From assembly GCF_000709555.1 (NCBI RefSeq), contig NZ_CP006873.1, positions 90,001 through 122,000 of the forward strand: DNA of 32,000 nucleotides, in the 5' to 3' direction. Source of the DNA: Candidatus Saccharimonadota bacterium (GTDB lineage: Bacteria; Bacteroidota; Bacteroidia; Flavobacteriales; Blattabacteriaceae). Shown here in pieces: positions 1 through 8,878 of the stretch. The stretch's first letter is position 1, and the number at the start of each line of letters is the position of its first letter. The notes beneath the pieces were generated by a model, which did not search any database, was not told where the DNA came from, and worked only from the letters and a program-made list of their open reading frames with translations. The position numbers were made by a program, and so were the translations under genes.

Positions 1-383
1 TATAATGTTTGTATTTTTTCGACGAAAATTTTGTTCTTTTTATTTTCAATATAAAAAGCATAGATTTTATGAGTCTTAATATCTTTATATAAAATCTTAT
101 ATATTGGAAATGGGTTTTTTCTTGTCATACTTCCTGAAAAGGAAATATTTCCATCTTTAAGCACTTTCTTTCTGATAAAAGAAATATCTGCATAAGTCTT
201 TAATTCATTAGGTAATGAAAGGGAACAGCTATTATTTATAATAATTTCTTTTCTACCTAGAAAGTTTAATATTCGTTTATTGGGTGCAAATAAGAGTACA
301 CGATTACCAAAAAATCCCGTAATAAGCAATATACCCAAAATTCCCCCTAAAAGAAAGAAAAATAAACGTCTTGTAAAATTCAT
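1..383 (-). CDS. Hypothetical membrane-anchored protein, N-terminal part only because the ORF runs off the window start. Possibly a DUF4258-like Bacteroidetes family, which is a guess.
   Basis: A reverse-strand ATG at 383-381 opens a stop-free frame down to position 1 (MNFTRRLFFFLLGGILGILLITGFFGNRVLLFAPNKRILNFLGRKEIIINN...). The N-terminus is a hydrophobic helix. It is absent from the supplied ORF track because no stop lies inside the window. Confidence 0.5.
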   Translation of the reverse strand, partial: MNFTRRLFFFLLGGILGILLITGFFGNRVLLFAPNKRILNFLGRKEIIINNSCSLSLPNELKTYADISFIRKKVLKDGNISFSGSMTRKNPFPIYKILYKDIKTHKIYAFYIENKKNKIFVEKIQTL

Positions 384-576
384 GGTTTAAAGCAACATCT
401 AAAAAGGGTCATACATTTTAATATTAATTCGTGTATTCTTCTCTTGCCTCAGCAAATCTTTTTTATTTAATACGTTGTCTTAAACTAGTTTTTCCAGATC
501 CTATATATACGTATTCGCTGCATGAGTAAATTCTTCCAATGAAATATACTTAAATGCTAGTTTAAGGTGAAAAATA

Positions 577-1139
577 ATGCAAGAGGATAATGATTCAAAT
601 CTTAAACACCGTAATTGTACTTAACACAGGAAAGAAAGTTAATCTAAGTTTTAAACCTGCACAATCCAGGTTTTATATTTGTTCGTATCGATATTCCAGA
701 AAAACCTAAAATACCTGCTTGTCTAAATCGAAGTCCTGAGCTTATTTAGATAATGTACTCATTGAAATAGATTATGGTCATCACTGCCTTTTCTGAAAGC
801 GATTGAACAAGCAGGAATTATTCATCAAAAGGCTGAGAGAAAAAAAGTGGGATATCACAAAAACTGTATACGACATCAATGGTGTCACATAAGCCTCCAT
901 TTCGGTTCATAGATAAATCTTACAAATAAGTATATTGTAGTAATTAAAAATCTTCCCGCCTTCCACTTTTTTTACAGGTGTACTTAAAGTAGAAGCTATG
1001 GCTCAAGCAGTAGGGAGTCCTAAGTAAGAAAGAAGATCCACAAAATGGAATTACTTCAAGAAGGCGGAGAGACATGGTAAATAACAAATTGGTAATAGAG
1101 GCTTAAGCCCAAGTCATAAGGGTTAAAATGAATCAATAA
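577..1139 (+). pseudogene. lpxC/fabZ: Decayed bifunctional UDP-3-O-acyl-GlcNAc deacetylase / 3-hydroxyacyl-ACP dehydratase (lpxC/fabZ fusion typical of Bacteroidetes)
   Basis: No ORF of 60 aa or more. Collinear motif islands occur in shifting frames. LpxC-like: NTGKKVNLSFKPAQ (623-664), NPGFIFVRIDIPEKPKIPA (663-719), DNVLIEIDYG (749-778), SLPFLKAIEQAGIIHQKAERKK (781-846). FabZ-like: GVLKVEAMAQAVG (977-1015; family motif PGVLxIEAMAQ) and DMVNNKLVIEA*AQVIRVK (1071-1139). About 0.56 kb remains of a gene that is normally about 1.4 kb. Confidence 0.7.
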
Positions 1140-1157
1140 CGGATAAAATATATTTTT

Positions 1158-1718
1158 ATGGCATCTACTTCAGATATTAGAAAAGGTCTGTGCATTCGTT
1201 TTAATAATAACGTGTGTAAGATCATAGATTTTCTTCATGTAAAACCAGGTAAAGGACCAGCTTTCGTCCGGACAAAACTTAGAAATTTGACTACCGGGAA
1301 AGTATTTGATCACACGTTTCCAGCAGGACATAAAATAGAAAAAGTATTCTTGGAATCACATAATTATCAGTTCCTTTACGAGGACAAAGATAGTTATCAT
1401 TTTATGAATACACAATGTTATAATCAAGTGCAACTTCCTAAAAATTTCATTAGTAAAAAACAATTTTTAAAAGAAGGGATGGAAGTAACTATTACTTTCC
1501 AAAAATATGATGAAACTCCCTTGAGTATTGAAATCCCTCACGAAAGTATTCTAAAAGTCATTTATACTGAACCAGGACTTAAAGGTGACACTGTTACCAA
1601 TGCGAGAAAACTGGCTACTTTGGAAACCGGAGCTGTTATACAAGTTCCATTGTTTATTAAAACAGGTGATAACGTCAAAATAAATATTGAAAATGGGGTC
1701 TATATAGAAAGAGTCTAA
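1158..1718 (+). CDS. efp: Elongation factor P
   Basis: 186-aa ORF. The N-terminus MASTSDIRKGLCIRFNN...VKPGKGPAFVRTKLRNLTTGKV carries the EF-P KPGKG loop, and the length is typical. Confidence 0.95.
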   Translation: MASTSDIRKGLCIRFNNNVCKIIDFLHVKPGKGPAFVRTKLRNLTTGKVFDHTFPAGHKIEKVFLESHNYQFLYEDKDSYHFMNTQCYNQVQLPKNFISKKQFLKEGMEVTITFQKYDETPLSIEIPHESILKVIYTEPGLKGDTVTNARKLATLETGAVIQVPLFIKTGDNVKINIENGVYIERV

Positions 1719-1754
1719 TATTTTATAGTTTTAAAATAGGTATGTTATTTCACT

Positions 1755-2645
1755 ATGAGTATACTCGTTAATAAAAATTCACGTGTTATTGTTCAGGGAT
1801 TCACTGGTAAAGAAGGAACTTTTCATTCCCAGCAAATGATAAATTATGGTACATTGTTGGTTGGTGGAATTACTCCTGGAAAAGGTGGTAATAAACACTT
1901 AAACCTCCCTATTTTTGATACTGTTGAACAAGCAATTAAGGCTACTCGAGCGAATGTCAGTATCCTTTTTGTCCCTCCTGCATTTGCCGCTGACGCAATA
2001 ATGGAAGCCGCATATGCTGAAATAGATCTTATCATCTGCATTACGGAGGGCATTCCTATCTCTGATATGCTTAAGGTTAAGCAATATCTTAAGCATAGAA
2101 ATTCCCGTCTGATTGGACCTAATTGTCCTGGCGTTATTACTTCAGAAGAATCTAAAGTCGGGATTATGCCTGGTTTTGTTTTTAAAAGGGGGGGAGTAGG
2201 TATTGTTTCTAAATCCGGAACTCTAACTTATGAAGCTGCATATCAAATAGTAAAATCTGGATATGGGATTTCGACGGCTATAGGTATTGGAGGAGATCCC
2301 ATTATTGGGACAAACATGCAAGAAGTGATTTCTCTTTTTATGGAAGATTCGGAAACCGATGCTATTGTAATGATAGGAGAAATTGGAGGACAAATTGAAA
2401 CCCAAGCCGCTCAATGGGTGAAGGAATCCTTGAATAAAAAACCCATAATTGGTTTCATTGCCGGAAAAACAGCTCCAAAAGGTAGGACTATGGGGCATGC
2501 TGGGGCTATTGTAGGAGATAAAAACGAAACCGCTGAAATTAAGATTGATATTCTTAGAGATTGCGGAATCAATGTAGTGGAATCTCCAGCTGAAATAGGA
2601 GTAACCGTAGCAAAAGTTTTATCTTATAGAAGAAATAAAATATAA
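1755..2645 (+). CDS. sucD: Succinate--CoA ligase (ADP-forming) subunit alpha
   Basis: 296-aa ORF with SucD hallmarks: VIVQGFTGKEGTFH, GPNCPGVI, SKSGTLTYEA and MGHAGAIV (phosphohistidine loop). Confidence 0.95.
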   Translation: MSILVNKNSRVIVQGFTGKEGTFHSQQMINYGTLLVGGITPGKGGNKHLNLPIFDTVEQAIKATRANVSILFVPPAFAADAIMEAAYAEIDLIICITEGIPISDMLKVKQYLKHRNSRLIGPNCPGVITSEESKVGIMPGFVFKRGGVGIVSKSGTLTYEAAYQIVKSGYGISTAIGIGGDPIIGTNMQEVISLFMEDSETDAIVMIGEIGGQIETQAAQWVKESLNKKPIIGFIAGKTAPKGRTMGHAGAIVGDKNETAEIKIDILRDCGINVVESPAEIGVTVAKVLSYRRNKI

Positions 2646-2665
2646 ATTTGTTAAAAACATTATTT

Positions 2666-3298
2666 ATGGCGTTATTAGTTGGAAAAAAGGCTCCTGATTT
2701 TAGAGTAAATGCCGTTGTTAACGGGAAAGAAATTGTTAGTGATTTCACACTAGAACAGTTCCAAGATAAAAAATATGTTCTTTTATTTTTTTATCCTAAA
2801 GATTTTACGTTTGTCTGTCCGACTGAATTACATGCTTTTCAGGAAAGATTAAAAGATTTCGAATCTAGAAATGTGCAACTCATCGCTATTTCTACAGATA
2901 CCGAGCAATCTCATTGGGTCTGGCTACAACTTACAAAAAGTAAGGGAGGGATACAGGGTATTACTTATCCAATTGTAGCCGATACAAATAAAGATATTTC
3001 TTACAACTATGGGGTATTAGCTGGAGAGTTGTATGTAAAAAATATACATAGTGTGTATACTAATGAAGAACTGATTGCCTATAGAGGTCTTTTTCTTATA
3101 GATAAAAAAGGAATTATCCGTCATCAGCTAGTGAATGATCTCTTTTTAGGTAGAAATGTAGAAGAATCTCTTCGTGTTGTTGATGCTTTGCAATACTTTG
3201 AAAGATACGGCGAAGTGTGTCCAGCTAATTGGAAAAAAGGAAAAAAAGGAATAAAGGCAAATCATAACAGCATAGCTGAATATTTTACTAATAATTAA
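2666..3298 (+). CDS. Typical 2-Cys peroxiredoxin (AhpC/Prx1 family)
   Basis: The ORF track starts at TTG 2648. ATG 2666 (MALLVGKKAPDF) fits the family N-terminus better. The peroxidatic Cys context is FFYPKDFTFVCPTEL and the resolving Cys context is GEVCPANW. Confidence 0.9.
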   Translation: MALLVGKKAPDFRVNAVVNGKEIVSDFTLEQFQDKKYVLLFFYPKDFTFVCPTELHAFQERLKDFESRNVQLIAISTDTEQSHWVWLQLTKSKGGIQGITYPIVADTNKDISYNYGVLAGELYVKNIHSVYTNEELIAYRGLFLIDKKGIIRHQLVNDLFLGRNVEESLRVVDALQYFERYGEVCPANWKKGKKGIKANHNSIAEYFTNN

Positions 3299-3313
3299 TA
3301 TGTGATCTCTGTG

Positions 3314-4615
3314 ATGAGAGTCGCTTTTTATACAATGGGATGCAAATTAAATTTTGCTGAAACTTCCACTATTTCTAGAACTTTTTTAATTCAAGGATAT
3401 TCTGTTGTAAAATTTGAAGAAAATGCTGATATCTATGTGATTAGTACTTGTTCGGTAACTAAAAAAGCGGAGAAAGAATTCAGACATATTGTTAGAATGG
3501 CTTTAAAAAGGAATCCAAAAGCCTTTATTATTGCCATAGGTTGCTCTGCTCAACTCAATCCTGAAGAACTCTCACGTATTGACGGTGTGGATTTAGTATT
3601 AGGAATAAATGAAAGATTCAAAATTACAGATTATCTGTCTGATATTTCTAAAAAAGAAAGAGGAGATATTCATTCCTGTTCAAACGGAACTCCGTATATG
3701 GGTTCCTATTCTATAGGAACTAGAACTCGAGCCTTTCTGAAGGTCCAAGATGGATGTGATTATAAATGTAGTTATTGCACTATTCCAATAGCACGAGGAA
3801 ACTCTCGCTCAGATAGTTTGGAAAATGTTGTAAACAATGCAAAGGAAATCTCTCGTCATGGAGTGAAAGAAATTGTATTAACTGGAGTAAATATTGGAGA
3901 TTATGGTAAGGGCGAATTTGGTAATCAAACGCACAAAAATACTTTTTTAGAACTCATTGAATCACTAGATGGAATAAAAGAGATTGATCGGTTTCGTGTT
4001 TCTTCTATAGAACCTAACTTACTTCGCAATGAAATTATAGAATTTATAGCTCAAAGTAGGAAATTCGTTCCACATTTTCATATTCCTTTACAATCAGGTA
4101 GTAATGATATTCTTCGAAAAATGCGAAGACGTTATCTTAGAGAGCTATATGCTGATAAGGTAGAAAAGATTAAGTTACTTCTCCCTCAAGCTTGTATAGG
4201 AACTGATGTAATCGTCGGATTTCCCAATGAAAGTGATAAACATTTCATAGAAAGTTTTCGCTTTTTAAGCGAAATAGATATATCATATCTTCATGTCTTT
4301 ACTTATTCTGAAAGGAAGCGGACGGAGGCTATCCAAATGGATGGCATAGTTCCTAAAAATATTAGATATAAACGAAATAAAGTTCTTAAAGGTTTATCAG
4401 TTAAAAAACGGATCCAATTTTACGAAAGTCAAATAGGTACCGTACACTCCGTGCTTTTCGAAGATAAAAAAAAAGAAGGTTGTCTCTTCGGTTATACAGA
4501 AAATTATGTCAGAGTGAAAGCTCCATTAGGAGAAGCAATCCCCAATACTTTACAAAAAGTTCGTTTAAAGTCTATAGATAGAGACGGGATAATGTTAATG
4601 GAAAAAATTAGATAA
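3314..4615 (+). CDS. mtaB: Radical-SAM methylthiotransferase, MtaB-like (tRNA t6A37 methylthiolation)
   Basis: MRVAFYTMGCKLNFAE is the UPF0004 N-terminal domain. CDYKCSYCTIP is the radical-SAM CxxxCxxC motif. A TRAM-like C-terminus is present. The track start GTG 3302 is an alternative start. Confidence 0.8.
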   Translation: MRVAFYTMGCKLNFAETSTISRTFLIQGYSVVKFEENADIYVISTCSVTKKAEKEFRHIVRMALKRNPKAFIIAIGCSAQLNPEELSRIDGVDLVLGINERFKITDYLSDISKKERGDIHSCSNGTPYMGSYSIGTRTRAFLKVQDGCDYKCSYCTIPIARGNSRSDSLENVVNNAKEISRHGVKEIVLTGVNIGDYGKGEFGNQTHKNTFLELIESLDGIKEIDRFRVSSIEPNLLRNEIIEFIAQSRKFVPHFHIPLQSGSNDILRKMRRRYLRELYADKVEKIKLLLPQACIGTDVIVGFPNESDKHFIESFRFLSEIDISYLHVFTYSERKRTEAIQMDGIVPKNIRYKRNKVLKGLSVKKRIQFYESQIGTVHSVLFEDKKKEGCLFGYTENYVRVKAPLGEAIPNTLQKVRLKSIDRDGIMLMEKIR

Positions 4616-4712
4616 AAATAAATATTCATCCTACCATTAAAATGATTAATTACTATATTAGTAGCAATGATGTAATTATACATTTTTATGGTAGAGTTAC
4701 CTTAAAATTATA

Positions 4713-5690
4713 ATGGGAGTAGAAAAGTTAGGGGTAATGACTTCAGGAGGTGATTCTCCTGGAATGAATGCTGCTATTCGCGCTGTGGTTCATACTGCTG
4801 CACAGTACGAAATACAATGTTTCGGTATTAGATTAGGATATAAAGGTCTCATTGAAGGAGATGTCCTAGAATTGGAAACTAAAGATGTTAGAAATATTCT
4901 CCACCGGGGAGGAACTTTTCTAAAGACAGCGAGATCTGATAAATTTAGAACTTTTGAGGGTAGGAAAAAAGCTTATGAAAACATTCAAAAATATAAAATG
5001 GAAGGTTTAATCATCATCGGTGGAGATGGGTCTTTTACTGGAGCTAAGGTATTCGGAAGCGAATATGATATTCCTATTATTGGGATACCTGGCACCATAG
5101 ATAATGATATTTATGGAACGGATTTTACTGTCGGTTATGATACAGCTTTAAACACTGTGGTAAATGTAATCGACAAAATTGTCGATACAGCGACATCTCA
5201 TAATCGTTTATTTTTTATAGAGGTTATGGGTCGTGATTCTGGGTTTATTGCCCTAAACAGCGGAATTGCTACTGGTGCACTTGATATTCTCATTCCTGAG
5301 AAAGATTATACTCTTGATAAGTTATTCTCCTCTGTAGAACGAGGAAGCAATCAAGGAAAATCATCTCGTATTATCGTAGTAGCAGAAGGGAAAAAGCTTG
5401 GAAGAGTATATGCTTTGGCCAAAGCTACACAAATAAAATTCCCCTATTACGATATTCGAGTTTCTATTCTTGGACACGTTCAACGTGGAGGAAATCCTAG
5501 TTGTTATGATCGTGTGTTAGCTAGTAGATTTGGCGTAGAAGCTGTGGAGGCTCTGTTACATGGTAAAAGAGAAGTTCTGATTGGGATTAGAAGCGGGAAA
5601 ATTATTTTTACTACTTTTGAAGAGGCAATACAGAAACAAAAAGAAATCAATAAAGATATCATTAAAATATTAGATGTTATATCGGTTTAG
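4713..5690 (+). CDS. pfkA: ATP-dependent 6-phosphofructokinase
   Basis: 325-aa ORF with LGVMTSGGDSPGMNAAIRAVV, IIGGDGSFTGA, GIPGTIDNDI, MGRDSGFIA and LGHVQRGG. Confidence 0.95.
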   Translation: MGVEKLGVMTSGGDSPGMNAAIRAVVHTAAQYEIQCFGIRLGYKGLIEGDVLELETKDVRNILHRGGTFLKTARSDKFRTFEGRKKAYENIQKYKMEGLIIIGGDGSFTGAKVFGSEYDIPIIGIPGTIDNDIYGTDFTVGYDTALNTVVNVIDKIVDTATSHNRLFFIEVMGRDSGFIALNSGIATGALDILIPEKDYTLDKLFSSVERGSNQGKSSRIIVVAEGKKLGRVYALAKATQIKFPYYDIRVSILGHVQRGGNPSCYDRVLASRFGVEAVEALLHGKREVLIGIRSGKIIFTTFEEAIQKQKEINKDIIKILDVISV

Positions 5691-5707
5691 TCTCATTCTA
5701 GATAAAG

Positions 5708-6085
5708 GAGATTAAACGTGTGACTTTGGTGGTTCTCTAAGGAATTGGTGTAAATCACAAAGAAATATTATTATTATCGGGGCTTATACATGAGAACTAC
5801 GGTAGAAGACCACAATAGCGACGATAGCGAGAAAGGACTATCGTGTACTGAACTTAGTTAACTGGCGTGCCTACAGCAAATGGAGAAGTCCTACGTAACA
5901 TATGATTGGAGATACCGCTTATTCCTACTATTAAGAAGGAGGTCTTAAAAAAAAGATGTTGTAGTCCGTTAGTAAGCATAGGTTAATCCATTCCCTGTTA
6001 GTAACGAGTATTTCTTCTCTCGAATAAGGGTCGTACCCACTCTTCTGGAGTATGTAGGGTTTATTTTAATGCTATCATACAGTAA
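5708..6085 (+). pseudogene. gapA: Heavily deleted glyceraldehyde-3-phosphate dehydrogenase remnant
   Basis: This stretch has no ORF and is noticeably GC-richer than true spacers. GAPDH motif islands appear in the correct order but in different frames. They are IK..DFGGSLR (5711-5742, cf. INGFGRIGR), NIIIIGAY (cf. KVIISAPS), SCT (5841-5849, cf. SNASCTTN) and KWR (5878-5886, cf. DWRGGR). They continue with IPT (5921-5929, cf. IIPSSTG), DVVV (5955-5966, cf. VSVVDL), PVSNEYF (5994-6014, cf. VVSxDF), THSS (6035-6046, cf. D.HSSxFD) and EYVGF (6048-6062, cf. NEYGYS). About 0.38 kb remains of about 1 kb. Confidence 0.55.
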
Positions 6086-6097
6086 AATTTATTCAAA

Positions 6098-7153
6098 ATG
6101 GAACCCCATGAAAAAATTATAGAAGATTTCATAAATAAACGATATAAACCTATTTATTTTTTGATGGGTGAGGAATCATACTACATTGATTTAATTAGTC
6201 GGTTTATAGAAAAAAACATACTATCTAAAGAGGAAAAGTTTTTTAATAAAATTGTTCTGTACGGGACCGAAACAGATATAATTAGTGTTATCGAAAAGGC
6301 CATCAAATATCCAATAACAAGTAAATATATAGTAATTCTTTTAAAAGAGGCTCAAATGATGGAAAAAAGTATAGACAAATTAGGTGTTTATGTAGAGGCT
6401 CCTATAAGGAGTACGATATTGGTAATATGTTATAAAAACAAAGTACTAGATCATAATAAAAAATTATATAAACTGATACACAATCATGGTGGGTTAGTGT
6501 TCAATAGTAAAAAATATCGAGAATCCCAAATTCCCGATTGGATTTCTCGTCAAGTAAAGAGTCTGAATAGAAGCATTACTTCAAAAGCACAACAGCTTTT
6601 ATATGAATCTGCTGGAACTTCTTTATCTACTATTGTTCAAGCACTGGAAAAAGTTGATTTAGCTGTACCGGAAGGTGCTGAAATTACTATATGGGATATT
6701 GAGCAGTATACTGGTATAAAAAAGAATTTCAATATTTTTTCGTGGCAAAGGGCAATAGCTGAGAAAAATTTTCATAAAACGCAAGAAATCTCTTTTTTTT
6801 TGGGGAAAAACTCCAAAGAATTCCCTCTCATATTTTTAATTAACGTGCTTTATCGATTTTTTGTAAATCTTGTAAAGTACCATCTAAGTATTCCTGAGAC
6901 TAGAGAGAATCTCTCAAAGAGATTAAATGTTTTTCCATCTCTTATAAAAGATTATGAAAAAGCCGCACATCATTATTCTTTACAAGAAAATATAAAGATC
7001 TTTTCCTATCTCAGAGAAGCCGATAAACAATCCAAGGGGATTGATTATCCTCCTCTGTCAGAAAATAATATTTTGCCAGAACTTATTTGGAATATTTGTT
7101 TTATCCTAGAGTGTAATAAAATATATATGAATGTTAAAAGAATCTGTTCATAA
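6098..7153 (+). CDS. holA: DNA polymerase III subunit delta
   Basis: 351-aa ORF. The N-terminus ...KPIYFLMGEESYYIDLISRFIEKNIL...FNKIVLYG matches the HolA pattern (Y.L.GEE...ID...FN...YG). The last 23 nt overlap the start of the trxB fossil. Confidence 0.8.
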   Translation: MEPHEKIIEDFINKRYKPIYFLMGEESYYIDLISRFIEKNILSKEEKFFNKIVLYGTETDIISVIEKAIKYPITSKYIVILLKEAQMMEKSIDKLGVYVEAPIRSTILVICYKNKVLDHNKKLYKLIHNHGGLVFNSKKYRESQIPDWISRQVKSLNRSITSKAQQLLYESAGTSLSTIVQALEKVDLAVPEGAEITIWDIEQYTGIKKNFNIFSWQRAIAEKNFHKTQEISFFLGKNSKEFPLIFLINVLYRFFVNLVKYHLSIPETRENLSKRLNVFPSLIKDYEKAAHHYSLQENIKIFSYLREADKQSKGIDYPPLSENNILPELIWNICFILECNKIYMNVKRICS

Positions 7154-7957
7154 TTGTGTTATAATAGGTTCTGCAGGTTATTCCGCTGCTATCTATACAG
7201 CACGAGCTGGTCTTAACCCTTTAGTCAGGAAAAAATCCTGGAGGACAGCTAACCTGAATTAATGGAAAAGATGAAAAAACAAGCTGATGGGGCCATTGTA
7301 AAAAGGCAGACGATTGTAAAAGTTTCCCTAGCAAAGGAAAAAAATTGTATCAATCAACTATATACTGACAATAATGAAAAAGTACAGGCCAAAGCTATCA
7401 TTATAGCCACAGGAGCTTTATCTAAAGATCTAGGTTTAGAAAGTGAAGAACGATTAAAAGGATACGGAGTTTCTTCGTGTGCTATTTGTGACGGTTTCTT
7501 GTATAAAGATAAAGTAGTAGCTGTCGTTGGAGGAGCCCTTGAAGAAACAATTTATCTTTCTAAGATATGTAAAATAGTATATTTATTGGTGCGAAGTGGT
7601 GCCTCAAAGGCTATGCAATGTCGTTTATGGAAAATATCGAATCTCAAAATTTATTTTTCTCATGAAATTAAGGAAATTTTAGGTGAGAGGTTTGTTGAAG
7701 GTGTGCGAATCATTAACAATCAAAAGGAATCTATTCTTTCCATAGATGGTATTTTTATAGCTATTGGTCAGATTCCTAATACAGCTATCTTTAGGGGGAA
7801 TTTGGATAAAATGGGTTAGACTAAAAAAGGAAGTACACACACCAATCTCCCTAGTGTTTTTGCTGCTGGAGATGTCCAAGATGCGGTTTCCCGTCAACTT
7901 CATCTGGGACGGGGTGCAGCACTTGATTTAGAACGTTATCTTATGGAAAATCATTAA
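7131..7957 (+). pseudogene. trxB: Thioredoxin-disulfide reductase pseudogene (multiple frameshifts, stops and deletions)
   Basis: ATG 7131 gives MLKESVHNCVIIGSAGYSAAIYTARAGLNPLV, in which the FAD GxGxxG motif is shortened to GSAGY, and the frame is then lost. GGQL appears in another frame. The central 185-aa ORF 7262-7819 keeps GVSSCAICDG and IATGA, but the NADPH motif is cut to VVGGALEE. After the stop at 7819 the C-terminus continues as [20 protein letters not shown]...[10 protein letters not shown] and ends with TAA 7955-7957. Confidence 0.85.
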
Positions 7958-7963
7958 TTAGTC

Positions 7964-8878
7964 ATGAATCGTTCTGTATTTATATTTTCTACAGTGGCTT
8001 TTCTTTTCTTTTCTTTTACCGATAATAGAAAATAACAGTGTTATAGATGATTATACTACTACAGTAGTAGACTATTTTAAGTTAAAAATGCAGCATGAAG
8101 AAACTTTTGTTTTTACTAAAAGTGAAGCTGTGACATTATATAATACTGGTAAAAAAAACAGTCTTTTCGATCATCAAATCTAAAAAACTAGAAGAATTTT
8201 TTTATTTTATAGTGGTAGAAGGTTTCCTGGAAATGGAAAAAATATTGATCTGATAGAGTATAAAAATATAGAAGGAAATATTATTATGGTGGTGATTAAT
8301 CAAACCTATATTTCTGCAGAAAAACTTGGTACGCTTGAAGAAAAAAAAATTATTAGTGAGGATGAACAACGTATTTCTTTTATTGATCCTTCTTCTTCCA
8401 TTTATCACGAAGATTTTTCAAAAACTTTATTTAATCTTAGAAAAAATAAGGGTTTGCAATATGCTCACAAAAACTTATGTTGGATTTTTCTTATTTCGGA
8501 ACTATGATGGTTTACAAAGGATTAGCTGACGGAATGGTCTCTGGAGCAGACTCTTCTCAAACTGGAGTAAACACAGTTTCTTCTATTTTTTTCATGCTTT
8601 TACATGATCGTGTCCCTGTAAAAACCCGAGCTCAGGATCTATTGATTGAAGGCCGACGCCTATTGTTGGAAAACAAAAGACCCAATTCTTCTGGAGCCGG
8701 AAAGGCTAATGTGCTTATTTTTCCTGATCTTAATACAGGAAATAATACTTATAAAGCAGTGCAAAGAGAAACTAAATCTTTAGCTACAAGGGAGCCTATA
8801 AATGAGGCGAAGACATTTATAATACTATTATTGTTACCTCTATACAAGCAACATATTTATGAAAATTCTGATTATTAA
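7964..8878 (+). pseudogene. pta: Phosphate acetyltransferase pseudogene (about 0.9 kb left of a gene that is about 2.1 kb in Bacteroidetes)
   Basis: ATG 7964 gives MNRSVFIFST... followed by a stop. Later fragments are ..RRFPGNGKNIDL..ISFIDPSSSIYHEDFSKTLFNLRKNKG, then a shift to DFSYFGTMMVYKGLADGMVSGA and AGKANVLIFPDLNTGNNTYKAVQRE (ORF 8477-8878). Large internal blocks are missing. The track ORFs 8286-8507, 8326-8529 and 8477-8878 are fragments of it. Confidence 0.8.

Noticed and set aside
430-530. A minus-strand translation FIGRIYSCSEYVYIGSGKTSLRQRIK* resembling a GIY-YIG / UvrC N-terminal motif.
   Set aside because: It is a single short island with stops on both sides and no further UvrC-like sequence upstream. 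The same DNA on the plus strand gives an equally weak LpxD-like string that fits the expected synteny. The identity of 384-576 is left unresolved.
4616-4712. Bacteroidetes-type promoter elements (TTTG at -33, TAnnTTTG at -7) upstream of pfkA, efp and holA.
   Set aside because: Only near-matches ending in T rather than G are present (for example tacatttt and tatatttt). These occur by chance in AT-rich spacers, so no promoter is called.
5870-5930. RNase P RNA-like strings (ggagaagtcctac resembling GAGGAAAGUCC; gataccgcttat resembling ACAGAACCCGGCUUA). A similar agtccggga string occurs at 24343-24352.
   Set aside because: The two motifs lie about 30 nt apart instead of about 250 nt. No P4 pairing partner or other conserved regions are present. 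The GAPDH and icd fossil readings explain the sequences better. I also saw no tmRNA-like 3' end (GGTTCGA/ACTCC...CCA) apart from tRNA-Asp.
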